A stretch of DNA of 61,744 bases, filler included, from Corallochytrium limacisporum Hawaii (lineage: Eukaryota; Protista; Pluriformea), in NCBI GenBank assembly GCA_002811645.1. It is 4 parts of 4 records of this genome, joined end to end, with 100 filler letters (N's around TTAATTAATTAA, not from the genome) between each part and the next. Parts side by side here need not be neighbours in the genome. Positions count along the whole stretch, not along the records: positions 1 to 31,928 come from PDIP01000114.1; 3 more parts are not named here. One strand, 5' to 3'. The translations under genes and the position numbers were made by a program. The notes beneath the pieces were generated by a model that was not told the DNA's origin, searched no databases, and saw nothing but the letters and a program-made list of their open reading frames with translations. Shown piece by piece: positions 1 through 11,650 of the stretch. Position 1 is the first letter of the stretch. Every line of letters starts with the position of its first letter.

Positions 1-864
1 CCCCTTCTTCCACCCCGTACCCCCATGCACACCTCCCCCCATCAGTACCTAAAGAATAGGCCCACGCATCGGAAAGTGGACTTTTTGGAGGGCTTTCCTC
101 CTTTTATTTTTGTTAAGTATGCCGGACCAGTCCGCAAAGGCAACTAAAACAAATATGCCGCAGAAGAAGGGAGAGGGGCAGCTGGTATCGGGAGTTTAAG
201 TACTTTGCCCACAGCCAAAGGGACAAGAAAAAAGAAAAAAAATGTAAAGAAAAAATTCGCTAAAAAAAAGCCAGTGGCTGCGTAGGCCAATTTATAAATA
301 TTCCGGATATGTAAAATCATTCTCAGGCACCGTTAATGATAGTTATTAACAGATAAAGTATATTGATATACTTCCAATCATCTCTGCCGGTCACCGGCCC
401 AGTGTGTTGCCCCTTCGCCGTTATCATACTGCTGCACATTCTTGCCTGCTCTCGGCTCGAGGCGAACGAACAGTGGCCTGCATGCCGCGCCCTCAGCGCC
501 ATCACTCCGCGGACCGCTCATCTCCTTCTTCGTCTTATCCTGTGGCAATCCATTCATCTCGCTGCTGCTGCGGTTTCTGCTGCTCTTTCCTTATCTCCTT
601 GGGGCCAACGATATGGGCCTCCATCCGAAAGGTACTTCCCACCGTTGATGCTGGCTCTGTAATCACCAAGCAAGGTAGTCAACTTCCACACCACCAATAT
701 CTTTCGAGGGATCCCGAGCGCTGGGCTTGCGATGCAGTTACATTCTTCGCAACCGTAGAGAACCCCGTATCATTCCATCAGGGGTTAGAATTCTAGACAC
801 GACAAGGTCACATGGTCTTCATCTATTCACAGTAACCTGTTCGCAATACAGTAGGAAATCACAA

Positions 865-2019
865 ATGCCAGCGGCAGACACAGCCACCGCAACCGCTGCG
901 GCCGTCACAGCCATCGACAGCGCGTTCGTCAGCAAGGAGTCTGACTCAGAGTTTGTCAAGTACCTGCGAAGGCACCGTGTACCGGACTACCTCATCGAAT
1001 GTCTGGCTACTAATGGAGTGGAGACACTCGAGGATCTCCGCCTGCTGTCCGTCTACGGCAGTCGGCACGGTCAGGGAGAGAACCTGGCAGAGATTGAGGG
1101 ATACATTTCACAGATACTGCACTGTGGCACTCCGGTTGCAGCACCGCTGCTTGCGCTGATGCAAAGGGACCTGGGCAAGGCCATGCCCGCGACGCCGGCC
1201 GGCCACTTGAGCCACCGGTCATCGGCCAAAGGCAGCCATGGCCACAATCACAGTAACCACGGAGTGGTCCAGTGGCCGCGCGGGCGTTGCTTCATTGTTC
1301 CGCCAGGGCACCGTCTTCGCCTCCGACGCGCAACGGAGAGTCTACGTGCGTCGTTCCTCGGCGGAGGCAGCCCTACCGATCTGGACGGTCCACCGCCGCC
1401 AATGGCTCCGATGGGTGCCCACCATCCGCCGCCACCTCCGCACTTTGACCCGGCCTTCATGCCACCACCACCGCAACCGCCGATGGTTTCCGCTGCCCCG
1501 ACGATGCCCGCACCTGCAGTTGATCACACGCCGACTTCATCGACCGCAAAGCGACCTCTGTCCTCAGCCACAGCGTGCACAGATTCCGCATCAGCAAAGA
1601 TGGCGCGAACCACTACCAACGCCCTTGCGAACGGTGGTATGGGCACAGAGGGTGAAATTAGTCCCGGCACACTCTATCCAGACTTTGTCTCGCTCGAACA
1701 CCCAAACCAATCACCAACGCGCAAAATGCGGCTCTTTCGGGAAGGACACAATCACACACCAGTACCCGGCGCGGCTACCGCATTGAACGGTGCGGGGCCG
1801 AACACAGTTCAGGAACTGCCGCCGCTTGAAGCGAGGCAAATCGTGACGCAGCTCCTGGCCGAATCCCCGGCAAGACACGGAAAAGGAGGACCAGAGGCTC
1901 AGCGCCGGGCACAAGACGGGCTAGACAAGGTGTTGTTCGCGGCACCGAAAGAGGCGGGGGCCACTGACACCGGAGGGGCTGAACAGGCCCCTGAATCGGA
2001 TGCAGCGGGGACCACGTAG
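865..2019 (+). CDS. SAM-like domain protein with Pro-rich low-complexity C-terminal region
   Basis: First ATG of ORF 727..2019 is at 865 (acaaATG). FVKYLRRHRVPDYLIECLATNGVETLEDLRLL and PPGHRLRLRRA resemble SAM helices 1-3 and helix 5. A poly-Pro tract follows. Confidence 0.6.
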   Translation: MPAADTATATAAAVTAIDSAFVSKESDSEFVKYLRRHRVPDYLIECLATNGVETLEDLRLLSVYGSRHGQGENLAEIEGYISQILHCGTPVAAPLLALMQRDLGKAMPATPAGHLSHRSSAKGSHGHNHSNHGVVQWPRGRCFIVPPGHRLRLRRATESLRASFLGGGSPTDLDGPPPPMAPMGAHHPPPPPHFDPAFMPPPPQPPMVSAAPTMPAPAVDHTPTSSTAKRPLSSATACTDSASAKMARTTTNALANGGMGTEGEISPGTLYPDFVSLEHPNQSPTRKMRLFREGHNHTPVPGAATALNGAGPNTVQELPPLEARQIVTQLLAESPARHGKGGPEAQRRAQDGLDKVLFAAPKEAGATDTGGAEQAPESDAAGTT

Positions 2020-2453
2020 GCATGTAGATAGACTGAAGCATCGCTTCAGCATAGAATAAACAATAGACGCACCACACAATGCATCAATTAAATCCCGTCT
2101 GCATCCCACAACCTCCCCTTCCGCCGTCCTTTCTCGTTCCTCGCCGTCTCCGCTTTGGGGTGTGGGGGGGGGGGGGGAAGGGGTGCTGCATGGTGTCCGT
2201 CGGGGGCGCGCCGTTGGGAAAAGTTGAGAAACTTTCTTCTGCCACGGTGGCTGTTCTGTGTGGCACGGCTACTTCAGGCACCGTGGAGTCGGATCGGATG
2301 CGGCTCGACTGGTATGCGGTACAGAAAATGATTAAAGAATTTTGGTGACTGGACCAACCAATGAGAGACCATGTGGCGGTGAATGAGAAATGTGTATCGC
2401 TAAGGAAGCAGAAACCATTGGTAAGTGAGGCAACACAATAAGGACAGACAACC

Positions 2454-3512
2454 ATGAGCAAGCGTTCGCACGATTCAGGCGGCGGCGGTGGTTCCCATTA
2501 TCCCAATAAGCGCAACAAAGGCGGTCACGGACAGAGCGGAGGCGGATCAATACCGCAGGCGCCGACGGAACCGCCACCACCGCTCGCGTCCGTCCGGTGT
2601 GAGGTTGATCTGCAGAAGGCTTTCGCAGTCTACGAGCGAAACTTGGTAGACAGGTACGACCGGCATGAGCGATTGGTGAAGATCAGTCGTGACATCACTG
2701 TCCGAGGCAAACGCGCAATTTTTGCTTTGCAACGGACCGCATATCCGAAGAGCAATGGTGGACTGCAGGGCATGAAGCAAATGATGGCCTCGGGATCAGA
2801 TGCACCGGAACAAAAGGAAACAACAGATCACTTGCTCAAGACCTGGCAGGAGCACAACAAAGAGGCTTTGGACTCCATCGACGCTGATCTGCGCGCGATT
2901 GATCCGCTGCTGTCTGCGATCGCCAAGGAAATCTACGGAATCGCGGACGATGCTCAGTCCCAAGCGGTCGCTGCACAAGCTGACTACCATCTGCACGCCC
3001 GCGCCTTCTCCCCAGGGATCCAGGAGTACTTGGAAGCTTTGTTGTTCCGTGGGTGCCTTGTGCACGGGCGCTTGCTTTCGCTGGATGAGGTCAATGCCAA
3101 AGATCGGGGACTCGGCGGATGCTCGACGGTGACTGCGGCCGAAGATCAGCAACAACCCGCGCGGTGCCTGCAATTCACACCGACAGACTACGTCCTTGGA
3201 TGTGCTGACGTCACGGGTGAACTAATGCGCTACTCACTGGCTCAGATGACCCACGGTGCCTTTGAAGCAGCTGTGTGGTGCCTGCACCTGCTCCGATCCC
3301 TGACTACGTCCCTGGCAATCTTTCAGAAGAAGCACATCTCTGGCATTGACCGTAAGCACGGCGAAATGCACCGCAGCTTAGCCAAGGTCGAGACCGCGAT
3401 CTACCGCCTGGTTGTTCGCGGGAGCGAGGTACCGGAGGATCGGCTGGCCGAGGTTTTGGTTGCCCCTGCTGGAGGTGGAGACGGCAGTGGTGGTGGCAAA
3501 GACGACGATTAG
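2454..3512 (+). CDS. TSNAX: Translin-associated factor X (TRAX, C3PO nuclease subunit)
   Basis: Motifs RHERLVKISRDIT..KRAIFALQR, AFSPGIQEYLEAL and DYVLGCADVTGELMR. The acidic catalytic residues that distinguish TRAX from translin are present. Confidence 0.9.
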   Translation: MSKRSHDSGGGGGSHYPNKRNKGGHGQSGGGSIPQAPTEPPPPLASVRCEVDLQKAFAVYERNLVDRYDRHERLVKISRDITVRGKRAIFALQRTAYPKSNGGLQGMKQMMASGSDAPEQKETTDHLLKTWQEHNKEALDSIDADLRAIDPLLSAIAKEIYGIADDAQSQAVAAQADYHLHARAFSPGIQEYLEALLFRGCLVHGRLLSLDEVNAKDRGLGGCSTVTAAEDQQQPARCLQFTPTDYVLGCADVTGELMRYSLAQMTHGAFEAAVWCLHLLRSLTTSLAIFQKKHISGIDRKHGEMHRSLAKVETAIYRLVVRGSEVPEDRLAEVLVAPAGGGDGSGGGKDDD

Positions 3513-4001
3513 GACCAGCCGGTTCGCTCTCGATCGACTTGTGGAGGACCGAGAGAGTGCCCACATAGTAAGGGGACAGACAGTTAGCAGAACCAATACC
3601 CCTCCACACTCATTACTCAACAAAAACAGAATTCAAACTCTTTTAGATGATTTCAAGAACGTAGGTTGCTACACTAGGTTACGTTTAGGTTTGGAAATGT
3701 GGAAAAAGATGTGAAAAGATTTGAATTATTATGCCGTGCAAATTGAAAGTGCAAATAGGATTGAAGTACGTTGACGATGCCTGTTGGAAAATAACGATTT
3801 TGTGTGGATGGCTACTACCTGGAGATGTTGACGACAGGCAAAGCATGGGAAAACATGGAAGTCTTTAGCAAACTACCAATACCCAGCCTCGTAATCATCA
3901 TTACCAGAGGAGCAGTATGGACTAGAATGTGATTGAGACAGAAGTCAAAGATTGATATTACGTTGCAATGATCATGATCCATAATAGCAAACTCAAACTT
4001 C

Positions 4002-4772
4002 TTACTCGTCCTTCTTGCCAACGTTCTTGGTACCACGCAGACGACCGGTACGGCGGGCAGCAATGAGACCGACCTTCTTACCGGGGGGAGCGTCACGGCG
4101 GACAGTGGAGGGGAAACCAATGTGCTGATGGTTACCACCACCGTGGGGATGCTCGACGGGGTTCATGCACACACCGCGCACCTTGGGCCAGCTGTTGCGC
4201 TTAGCCTTGTACTTGTGGAAGGCACGACCGGCCTTCAGGATGGGCTTATCAGTACGGCCACCACCGGCAACCAGACCAACCATGGCGCGGGCAGCGGAGG
4301 GGATGACCTTCTTGGAGCCGGAAGGCAGCTTCACGCGGGTCTTTCCGTCCTCGGAGTGACCAATGATAATACCGTAGCAGCCAGAGGCACGAGCCAGGGA
4401 ACCACGGTCTCCGGTCTTCTCTTCCAGGTTGCAGATGACGGTGCCCTCGGGCATCTGTCCAACGGGGAGAATGTTGCCAACAACCAGAGCAGCCTTCTTA
4501 CCGGCGTAGATGAACTGACCAGTGTACATACCCTCAGTAGCGACAAAGAGCTCAGTGCTCTTCTTGAAACGGTAAGGATCCCGGAACTCAACCTTAGCCA
4601 GGGGAGCACCGCGACCGCTGTCGTGAATAATATCCTTGATCACACCCTTGATGAAACCGTTACGCTCGGCGTAGTCGAGAGTACGGAAAGCGGCGGCACC
4701 CTTGCGGTTTTTGGTGTGAGCCTTGAAAATAGCAGCCGAACCACGGCGCTGGCTACGAGTAACGCGACCCAT
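4002..4772 (-). CDS. RPL8: 60S ribosomal protein L8 (uL2)
   Basis: [11 protein letters not shown]...[12 protein letters not shown]...[25 protein letters not shown]. The true ATG is at 4772 and the ORF-track extension to 5081 is not homologous. No intron. Confidence 0.98.
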   Translation of the reverse strand: MGRVTRSQRRGSAAIFKAHTKNRKGAAAFRTLDYAERNGFIKGVIKDIIHDSGRGAPLAKVEFRDPYRFKKSTELFVATEGMYTGQFIYAGKKAALVVGNILPVGQMPEGTVICNLEEKTGDRGSLARASGCYGIIIGHSEDGKTRVKLPSGSKKVIPSAARAMVGLVAGGGRTDKPILKAGRAFHKYKAKRNSWPKVRGVCMNPVEHPHGGGNHQHIGFPSTVRRDAPPGKKVGLIAARRTGRLRGTKNVGKKDE

Positions 4773-7436
4773 GTTTACTTTTTTAGATCTAAAAGACTTT
4801 GCTCGAAGATATACTAACCCGTTGGGCCCGAATAAATATCTTAAGGAACCCTTGAATACCACAACTGCCGTGATCGAGAAATGGTATATCACAAATAGCT
4901 CATCACAGATGAAGCTTCTGCCTGTTACATTATAATGATAACCTAGGTTTATAATATAATAATTGGCGAAGCCTGTGAAGCAATGGAAAGCATACATCGA
5001 GGTCATTTCACATTCCAGCTCACCCCCAGTACACTGGTGATGTATTGCGATGAAGCCGTTGTGACTGCCATTGTACACCAAAGGAGCTCACTCGCCCATA
5101 CTGCGTGGCCTGCGCTACCTGGTCTGTCAGTAACAAATGTACAGCAAGCGACAGCATCCCACTGATTCACTATGCAATCAAGAACGTCCTCTGAACTGGT
5201 ACATTATATATAAAACATGCATCCCGAGTAAATGTCTGGTAAATTGGTAATAAATGGCTCGGAGGCCCGTGCTCACTATACAAAAACTAGGCCTTCCACC
5301 ACCCCCCCTTTTCCATTTGTAGGCCCTAAAATTTCAAACAAAGAAAAAGGGGAGAAAAAACACACAAAATTTTGTGTGTGTCTTTCCCAATCTCCCCTCG
5401 AATGTGTGTGCTTTTTTAGGGACCCGGGGGGAGAGGTCCCCCCCGGGGGGGCCTCCTCCTTCCCTCTCAATTCTAAACTGTACCCCTAATATAAAACCAT
5501 TTAATGAAACCAGCGAGCTCCCCCTTCCTTTTCAGAGGGAGCAAAACAAAAAAGAAAAAAAAGAACGGAGAGAGAAGATTTAACAGAAAAGAAAAAAGGG
5601 AATCCCACCAACCGTGACCGCGGGGCTTGCCACTTCTCCGTTCCACCCACCCCACCGCCGCAGTTTTTTCTTTCCCACAAAGACAAACCCCCCCCCCCCG
5701 GGGGGGGGGGGAGGGGGGCCCGGGCCGGCCGCGCTTGCGCAAATGTGCAAGGCTGTTGTGTGTGACGCCCTGAAGCCATGCAGAAAGAAAATGATGCAGA
5801 AGAGGCTCGTAGTCTGCGAAAACACATTACTCAGTAATCAATGGAGTATGCATAGTAGTACGTAGGAGAATTATGCAAAACACCCCACGAACATGGCTAA
5901 TATCGCAACTGAGGAGCCTCTGACTCTCGGTTCCTCTCTCTTGCCTCACCACTGTCCTGTCCGCCATGGTACATCCGAGGGCCAGACGAAGCAAGCAACT
6001 GAAGACTACTAAACCATGCGGCTGTATGGTACACAAGGCCGCTGCTGCGGCTCCCCACACACACTCTCGCACAGCAATTACACAGAGGCACATGGAGATT
6101 CAAGACACCTCCGCTAAGAAAAGTAAGAATGATATGGAAGACTCCCGTGTCCGAAGACCATCGCACAGATAGGATTGGAAAGGAGTGAACACTAAAAATC
6201 AAAAGGATACGGGCAGTGCTGTGCCAATGGGAGCCTACCAGTGCGACCGCGGCTTCCCGACTCTCAGCCACCAAGTATTCTCAAAAAATTCTTCTCCGCT
6301 GTCGAAGAACTACGGAGCTATCAGTACGGGAGGGTATCAGCCGATGCTCCTGAAATATGGATCGCATATCAGCATGATGGTGGACCGCAATACACAGGAA
6401 GCCCCTGCGGCACAAAACTGCTAAAAACTCGGAGGAGTAAGGCACCCCATTGGTACCGGTTCGTAAGCTCCGAATCCCTCCGTTCCAAAATGACGCACAT
6501 TTCGAGCCTACTTGTTGTTGCAGGTCGCGGAGAAAAAGGGGTATGTTGATTGGAAACCCGACTGTGGAACTGGCTGGTGCCGATGCAACCGTTGGGAATG
6601 AGGGGGGTTGGAGAGGTTTATGTTAGACTTCTACATTCCCTGTCAGTGCAACAACGACTCCAAACCAAAAGCGGGAAGAGGGGGGCCAAAACGAATCCCG
6701 GGATGACCTGGACTCGGCTGATATGGGGACATGGGTGGGTTCGTAAGCGGCTCCGTTGACGATGATGGATGAAACAATGGATGCTCCGGCGTGTAAGCAT
6801 ACAGAAAAGCGCCCGAAGACGAGTGTGGCAGAGGCTGGCACGGCTTACACTCTCAAGCTTTCTAGCTTTTGTGAGGATCAATATCAGGGAGCGAATGAAG
6901 GATCATCAGCAAGCAAGGTCGGTGATCTTGGTCTTGGAATTCATCCCGAAAAAGGAGATCGCTAAGGCCGTCTTAGGGGCATCCTGGAAGAGGGTTTAGT
7001 GGTTAACTTGAGTATCTTCTCATTACAAGCAAGCATCGTACTTTGAGTGCCTATCTTACCCGCAATGGGTACAGAGGGAGAGATGGCTGCGTACATGCCA
7101 GACCACAACGCTTACGTTGCCTTGTCAGATGTAGGTCTTCATCAACGGATTACCATCATCCGGAACCCAAATCGAGCAAGTGTGGCTCAGAAGGGCCAAA
7201 TCACTGGAGGCTGGGGCCGAGAAGAAGCGCTAGTAGGAGCGGAATCCAGGGACGGTTAGTTTTCTGATAGGACCCGCCAGTGTTCGAACGCAAGCTAAAC
7301 CACCCACCCCCTCCCCCGGGGGGGGGGTGTCAAGGTTTACATTTCAAGTACTAGGAGATTTGTCTGCTTGTATTATCATTCTGAGTTGAAACATTACAAA
7401 ACTCGTTTGGCAGATCACCTTTCGACAGCTACGAGC

Positions 7437-8411
7437 TTACCTGGGCACAACTTCGCCATTTTCATCGAATTCAGTGAAAGGTGCAGTGGGATCTGCTGTC
7501 AGGTCAGGGCATATGCGCTCAATCGGGCCGGTGTGAGTGCCACGGTCCTTTGGCGAGGTACCAGTCTTAAACTCGTCATCCACGATCTGGCGGGCAATAT
7601 CAGGTGAGTCGGTGATAATACCATCGACACCTAACGTGAGGTAGTGGCGCATGTCATCAGGGTTGTTGATGGTGTAGCAGAAGACCGGGACACTTTCGTC
7701 GTGCATGGACTCAATGTAGCCCTCATAAATAGCGCTGCATCTGGGCACGACCATGTCAACAACATCGCGGCTAAAATCGGCAAAAGGAGGTTGCCAAAGG
7801 AGAAAGCCGGTGGCAACATTCGGGTGCAAGGCACGGGCGCGCTCAAGGGAACGGTAGCTGAATGACTGTAGAACAATCTTATCCGTGAGGGGATCTCCGA
7901 TAGAGCTGAGGAGCAACCCATGTTCCTCAAGGACCTCCATCAGAGCATCAACCACGTGATCACCGTACTCCTTGATCTCAATGAGCAGTCTCATCTTGGG
8001 ATTAACACTAAAGGCACAGTCCAGATGCTCGGCAAGGGTAGGGAGAGGCGTATCTACAAAGCGATCCTGAGCCAAATCAGGATAGAGGTCGTTGAACCAA
8101 GATCCGTAGTCACACTGACGGGCATCCTCCAGCTTCAGATCATTGATGACACCAGTGCAATCAGATGTGCGGTCGATGGTGTCATCGTGCAGGCATACGG
8201 GGATACCATCGGCGGTGAGGACAACATCACATTCCATGTAGTCAGCTTCAAGCATCATAGCTCCGTCAAAGGAGTGGACCGTGTTCTCCGGATAGTAGGT
8301 CGCGGCGCCGCGATGTCCCACAACGAATTGCTTTCCGATGAGAGACTGACCCATAGCAGACCCCGCAAAAGCGACGAGACCGAAAGTGCACCTCATGTTT
8401 CTGTTGTGCAT
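7437..8411 (-). CDS. Secreted glycerophosphodiester phosphodiesterase (GDPD, GlpQ/UgpQ-like)
   Basis: Motifs GHRGA, PENTV, ECDV, HDDTIDRT, IEIK, QSF and GVDGIITD. Short hydrophobic N-terminal signal. Start could be 8411 or 8396. Confidence 0.9.
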   Translation of the reverse strand: MHNRNMRCTFGLVAFAGSAMGQSLIGKQFVVGHRGAATYYPENTVHSFDGAMMLEADYMECDVVLTADGIPVCLHDDTIDRTSDCTGVINDLKLEDARQCDYGSWFNDLYPDLAQDRFVDTPLPTLAEHLDCAFSVNPKMRLLIEIKEYGDHVVDALMEVLEEHGLLLSSIGDPLTDKIVLQSFSYRSLERARALHPNVATGFLLWQPPFADFSRDVVDMVVPRCSAIYEGYIESMHDESVPVFCYTINNPDDMRHYLTLGVDGIITDSPDIARQIVDDEFKTGTSPKDRGTHTGPIERICPDLTADPTAPFTEFDENGEVVPR

Positions 8412-9665
8412 GTACCACTCTTTTCATGTGAACCGGATGGTGTACTGATCAAGAGTACCGCATCGCTTAGGATTACGGATCAAGTCCAACTAAAGTACCT
8501 GTCCACGTGATGCGCCAGCCCCAAACCTTGAGTGGTGGATTTCTGCAAAGGACTCTAATTTCGTCATGGTTAGCAAAGTGTTTGCGTATAGACCTCGGCA
8601 ACTGAGTCATCTTGGACAAAGGCAAATTCCTTCACAAATACACACGACCTTGGAGCGCCAGAATTCAAGAGGAATGGAAAGGAATGGTCCTTTCGTTCTC
8701 CCCCACAATCAATCGTCGCTGATTTAATACATCTTATCCTGCTCTTGCACTCGTATAGAGTACTTTAGCCGACCAACCACAGAGGTCTGACATGTTGGAC
8801 ACGGTGCGCATGGGGTGCCATACGTCTCCCGTCTCACTCATCCACACCCTCTCCCTATAGTAATACCGAAGTAATCATGATCTTGGATGATGCTGGCGCT
8901 ACTGATAAGAGCAGCGTACCTCCTGGTTTGGTAGACTTGTCCTAAAATTCGTCTTGCATTCCAAGTCCAAAAAGCTGTAGGGCATCATCACGCGTGTCTA
9001 CGACCGCCCGCTTGATCAGTTGTTTCGCTAGCACGGGGCCAATGGATTTCCGGGCCGCACCCTTTCCCCGTCTCTTGTTGACTCACTGTGGGAGTGCAAC
9101 TCGCTTGAGACTGCGCAGTATGTTCACTATAGATCTTCCGGTCTTAGTAATTTTCCGTCTCGCCTACTGCCCCTCCGGGTTTCCCATTTTTGGGCAACTG
9201 CCATCGATCGGTTGTTGAAATTGTGGCGCCTATCTAGTCCCCTAATTTCCCCATAGTAAAACACAGGCAGGGTCCCCTGGAGACAACCCCAGCAGTGTCC
9301 AATCCGTACCTCCCCATCAGTCCAGTATTGGCGTATTGGTATGGGGGATTAGGGTATTGAAGGTATGGAACTGCTGGAGGAGGGCGGGCGAGCCAGCACA
9401 GGATAAGATCCCCCCGGGCACGGTGTGCGCCCCCCGATCAAATCAAAGACGGAGGTCCAATGGCACGGGAGTCTATTTCTTGGCTAGGTGGGGGGGGGGG
9501 GCAACAGACCAAATTGGTTTATGTTTCAATATGCGGGGCAGGCCCAGTAGAAAGAAAATGGAGGGGGCTGTGTTGGGGTTTGTTCTGAACGCCTATATTA
9601 AAACCCAGGCTATTTTCCTGCCAATTCGGGACTGGCTGCTGTGTCGTGGGGTCGAACTTACCACC

Positions 9666-9713
9666 GAGTGCAGGATCCGTGTTCCAGTAGAGTGCAAGAT
9701 CCGTGTTCCAGAA
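9666..9713. repeat. 24-bp tandem duplication
   Basis: gagtgcaggatccgtgttccagta / gagtgcaagatccgtgttccagaa, 2 mismatches. Confidence 0.85.
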
Positions 9714-10058
9714 GGAATACTGCCGATCTGATATTTCAACTGATCTTCCAGGATAACATGCGACAGTGACGAATACGAAAGAAGTTAATCTCAGTGGGAA
9801 CGCGTGGGAGCGCCTATGGCAAGAAAGATCTCTTGGGTGTATATTGGTGTTCACATACTACGAGGTCGATCAGCAATATCTCACATGTGCTCAGTGGATG
9901 TGTAGTTGGAATTACGTGAGCAATAGATTGAAATCAGATCCACCTGCTGTTGATCTCACTCAGAATACTATGGACAACAGCCATACCTCCTCACTGGCAG
10001 TGAGCCTGACGAAAACGATGACGTGCATGGCACATGCTGCCAAGAGTAGCGTCGTCCA

Positions 10059-11093
10059 TTAGTGAGATGTAAGTTGCGGCTGCGCCGTCTGCGGCTCCTT
10101 TGCCGGCTCCGCCTCTTGCTCCTTCGGTGGCTGCGTCTCTTGCTTCTTTTCGGGTCCCTTCTCGTGGTTCATTTCTTGCTTCTTCCCGTGCAGCTTCTCT
10201 TGTTGCTTCTCCAGCTTCTTGTCCAGCTTCTCTTGCTTCTTCTGCTGCTTCTTCTCTAGTTTCTCCTGCTTCTTCTCCAACTTCTCCTGTTTCTTCTCCT
10301 CTTTTCGCTCCAGCATCAATTCTTTGTCAGGTTTCCTCTTCCGTGCCTCCTCCACCTTACCAAGGTGTGCCTTGGCGAATTCCCACAGCTCATCATCCGT
10401 GGGGTAGCGTCCACCATAGTCCTTCTTTACGGCCTCTAGGAATTTTGGGAAATGTTCTACGTGGTGAATCCATTTTGTTTGCAGGAATTTTGCGATCTGC
10501 TTGGGGATGTTGCCACCCGGGTCCGCCTGTCCGAAACGCCAGATCTCGCAGCTGCCGTCGTCCTTCCGTTTGGCTGCCCAGCCACCGCGGTGGGTGACGG
10601 TACGGACAGTCTCCTCCCAACCCTCGGGATAACCGCACTCCCCCGCCAGATCATTGGGAGCCGACTTGTATACCATGAGGTAGAAGTCATCGTCGACCTT
10701 CACAGTGGTACCAACCGTCACTTGGTCACGGTGGGCGAGGAAGGGCGGGGTCTTGATAAACATGTGGGACAAACCCATGGGGCGGGGATCGAGGTCGAGG
10801 CAGGCAAACTTGTGGAATTGGGCAATGTCCTTCTCGAGAATTGCCTGGTGGTCTTCACCCGCGCCCCAGATGGCATTGATAGCCTCATGAGGAGTGATGT
10901 CCTTGAAGACTTTCCTCGCCTTGCGGAAAGGAATTTCTTCAACATCGGGCATCAGCTTGTCCTGGACCTCGACACCAGTCACGGTCGTGTACTTTTCGGG
11001 AAAGTCTTCAAAGAGCAATTCCTTGACCTCTTCGACCAAGGCATCAAGCTCCGCGCGCAGCTCGAGCACCCTTGCGTCTGTCCATGGCACCAT
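10059..11093 (-). CDS. START (lipid-binding) domain protein with K/Q/E-rich coiled-coil tail
   Basis: PPFLAHRDQVTV, MVYKS, GGWAAK and QADPGGNIPKQI are START-like motifs. C-terminal KKQEKLE repeats. Confidence 0.8.
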   Translation of the reverse strand: MVPWTDARVLELRAELDALVEEVKELLFEDFPEKYTTVTGVEVQDKLMPDVEEIPFRKARKVFKDITPHEAINAIWGAGEDHQAILEKDIAQFHKFACLDLDPRPMGLSHMFIKTPPFLAHRDQVTVGTTVKVDDDFYLMVYKSAPNDLAGECGYPEGWEETVRTVTHRGGWAAKRKDDGSCEIWRFGQADPGGNIPKQIAKFLQTKWIHHVEHFPKFLEAVKKDYGGRYPTDDELWEFAKAHLGKVEEARKRKPDKELMLERKEEKKQEKLEKKQEKLEKKQQKKQEKLDKKLEKQQEKLHGKKQEMNHEKGPEKKQETQPPKEQEAEPAKEPQTAQPQLTSH

Positions 11094-11627
11094 GATTTCA
11101 GAGTATGCTTCGTACTACATGTACCATCAATCCTGACCAAATCGCGGTGTCGTTCTCTGTGCCGTCTTAATGGTCATCCCCTGAAATACGCCGTTGGTGG
11201 ACGGCTGGGAAAGGACAACATAAATCACCCGGCTTCACCGCGTCGCCGAGCATGTGCTGGTGACACTCCTGCCAGTCCGAACGAAGACCGGGGCTGCTCA
11301 CATTAGGGAGGGGTTGCAGCGGCCCTTAGTTAGATAAGGCAGCGGACCCAGAAAGTGATGGTTGGGGAGGGGGGTTGGTGTTTTTGTTGACAAAAGGCGC
11401 AGCAAAAGTGTAAGATTTTTTTTTCCACTCTGAAACGCGCCTTCTCGCCGCAAAAGAGAGACACTTCAGGCGCGCTGCTCTTAACCCTGGCTGCTGTGTT
11501 CACTCTCCCAACCACCGTGCCGTGTGTCTGCTGACCGTACGTGAATTCAGCAGCGGGGAACAGAATGCGGCCCCCGCACGGCCCTCCGTGGAACGCATTC
11601 TCTACTACGACGGGTTCAGAGGGGGTA

Positions 11628-11650
11628 TGTGTGTGTGTGTGTGTGTGTGT
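11628..11650. repeat. (TG)n microsatellite
   Basis: Direct inspection. Confidence 0.9.

Noticed and set aside
5060-5067. Homol-D box (TGTGACTG) upstream of RPL8
   Set aside because: It matches the fission-yeast ribosomal-protein promoter motif, but the same 8-mer occurs at several unrelated places in the window (about 37017, 43228, 55449), so one hit is not significant.
4773-5081. N-terminal extension of RPL8 in the ORF track
   Set aside because: Non-ATG start, AT-rich UTR/promoter sequence. Homology begins at MGRV (4772).
5966-7267. Chain of short + strand ORFs as a possible pseudogene (similar cases at 39000-40400 and 44500-45000)
   Set aside because: Composition looks coding-like, but no recognisable family or consistent frame was found.
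9666-9713. CRISPR-like repeat
   Set aside because: Only two adjacent units, no spacers, no cas genes, and a eukaryotic context.
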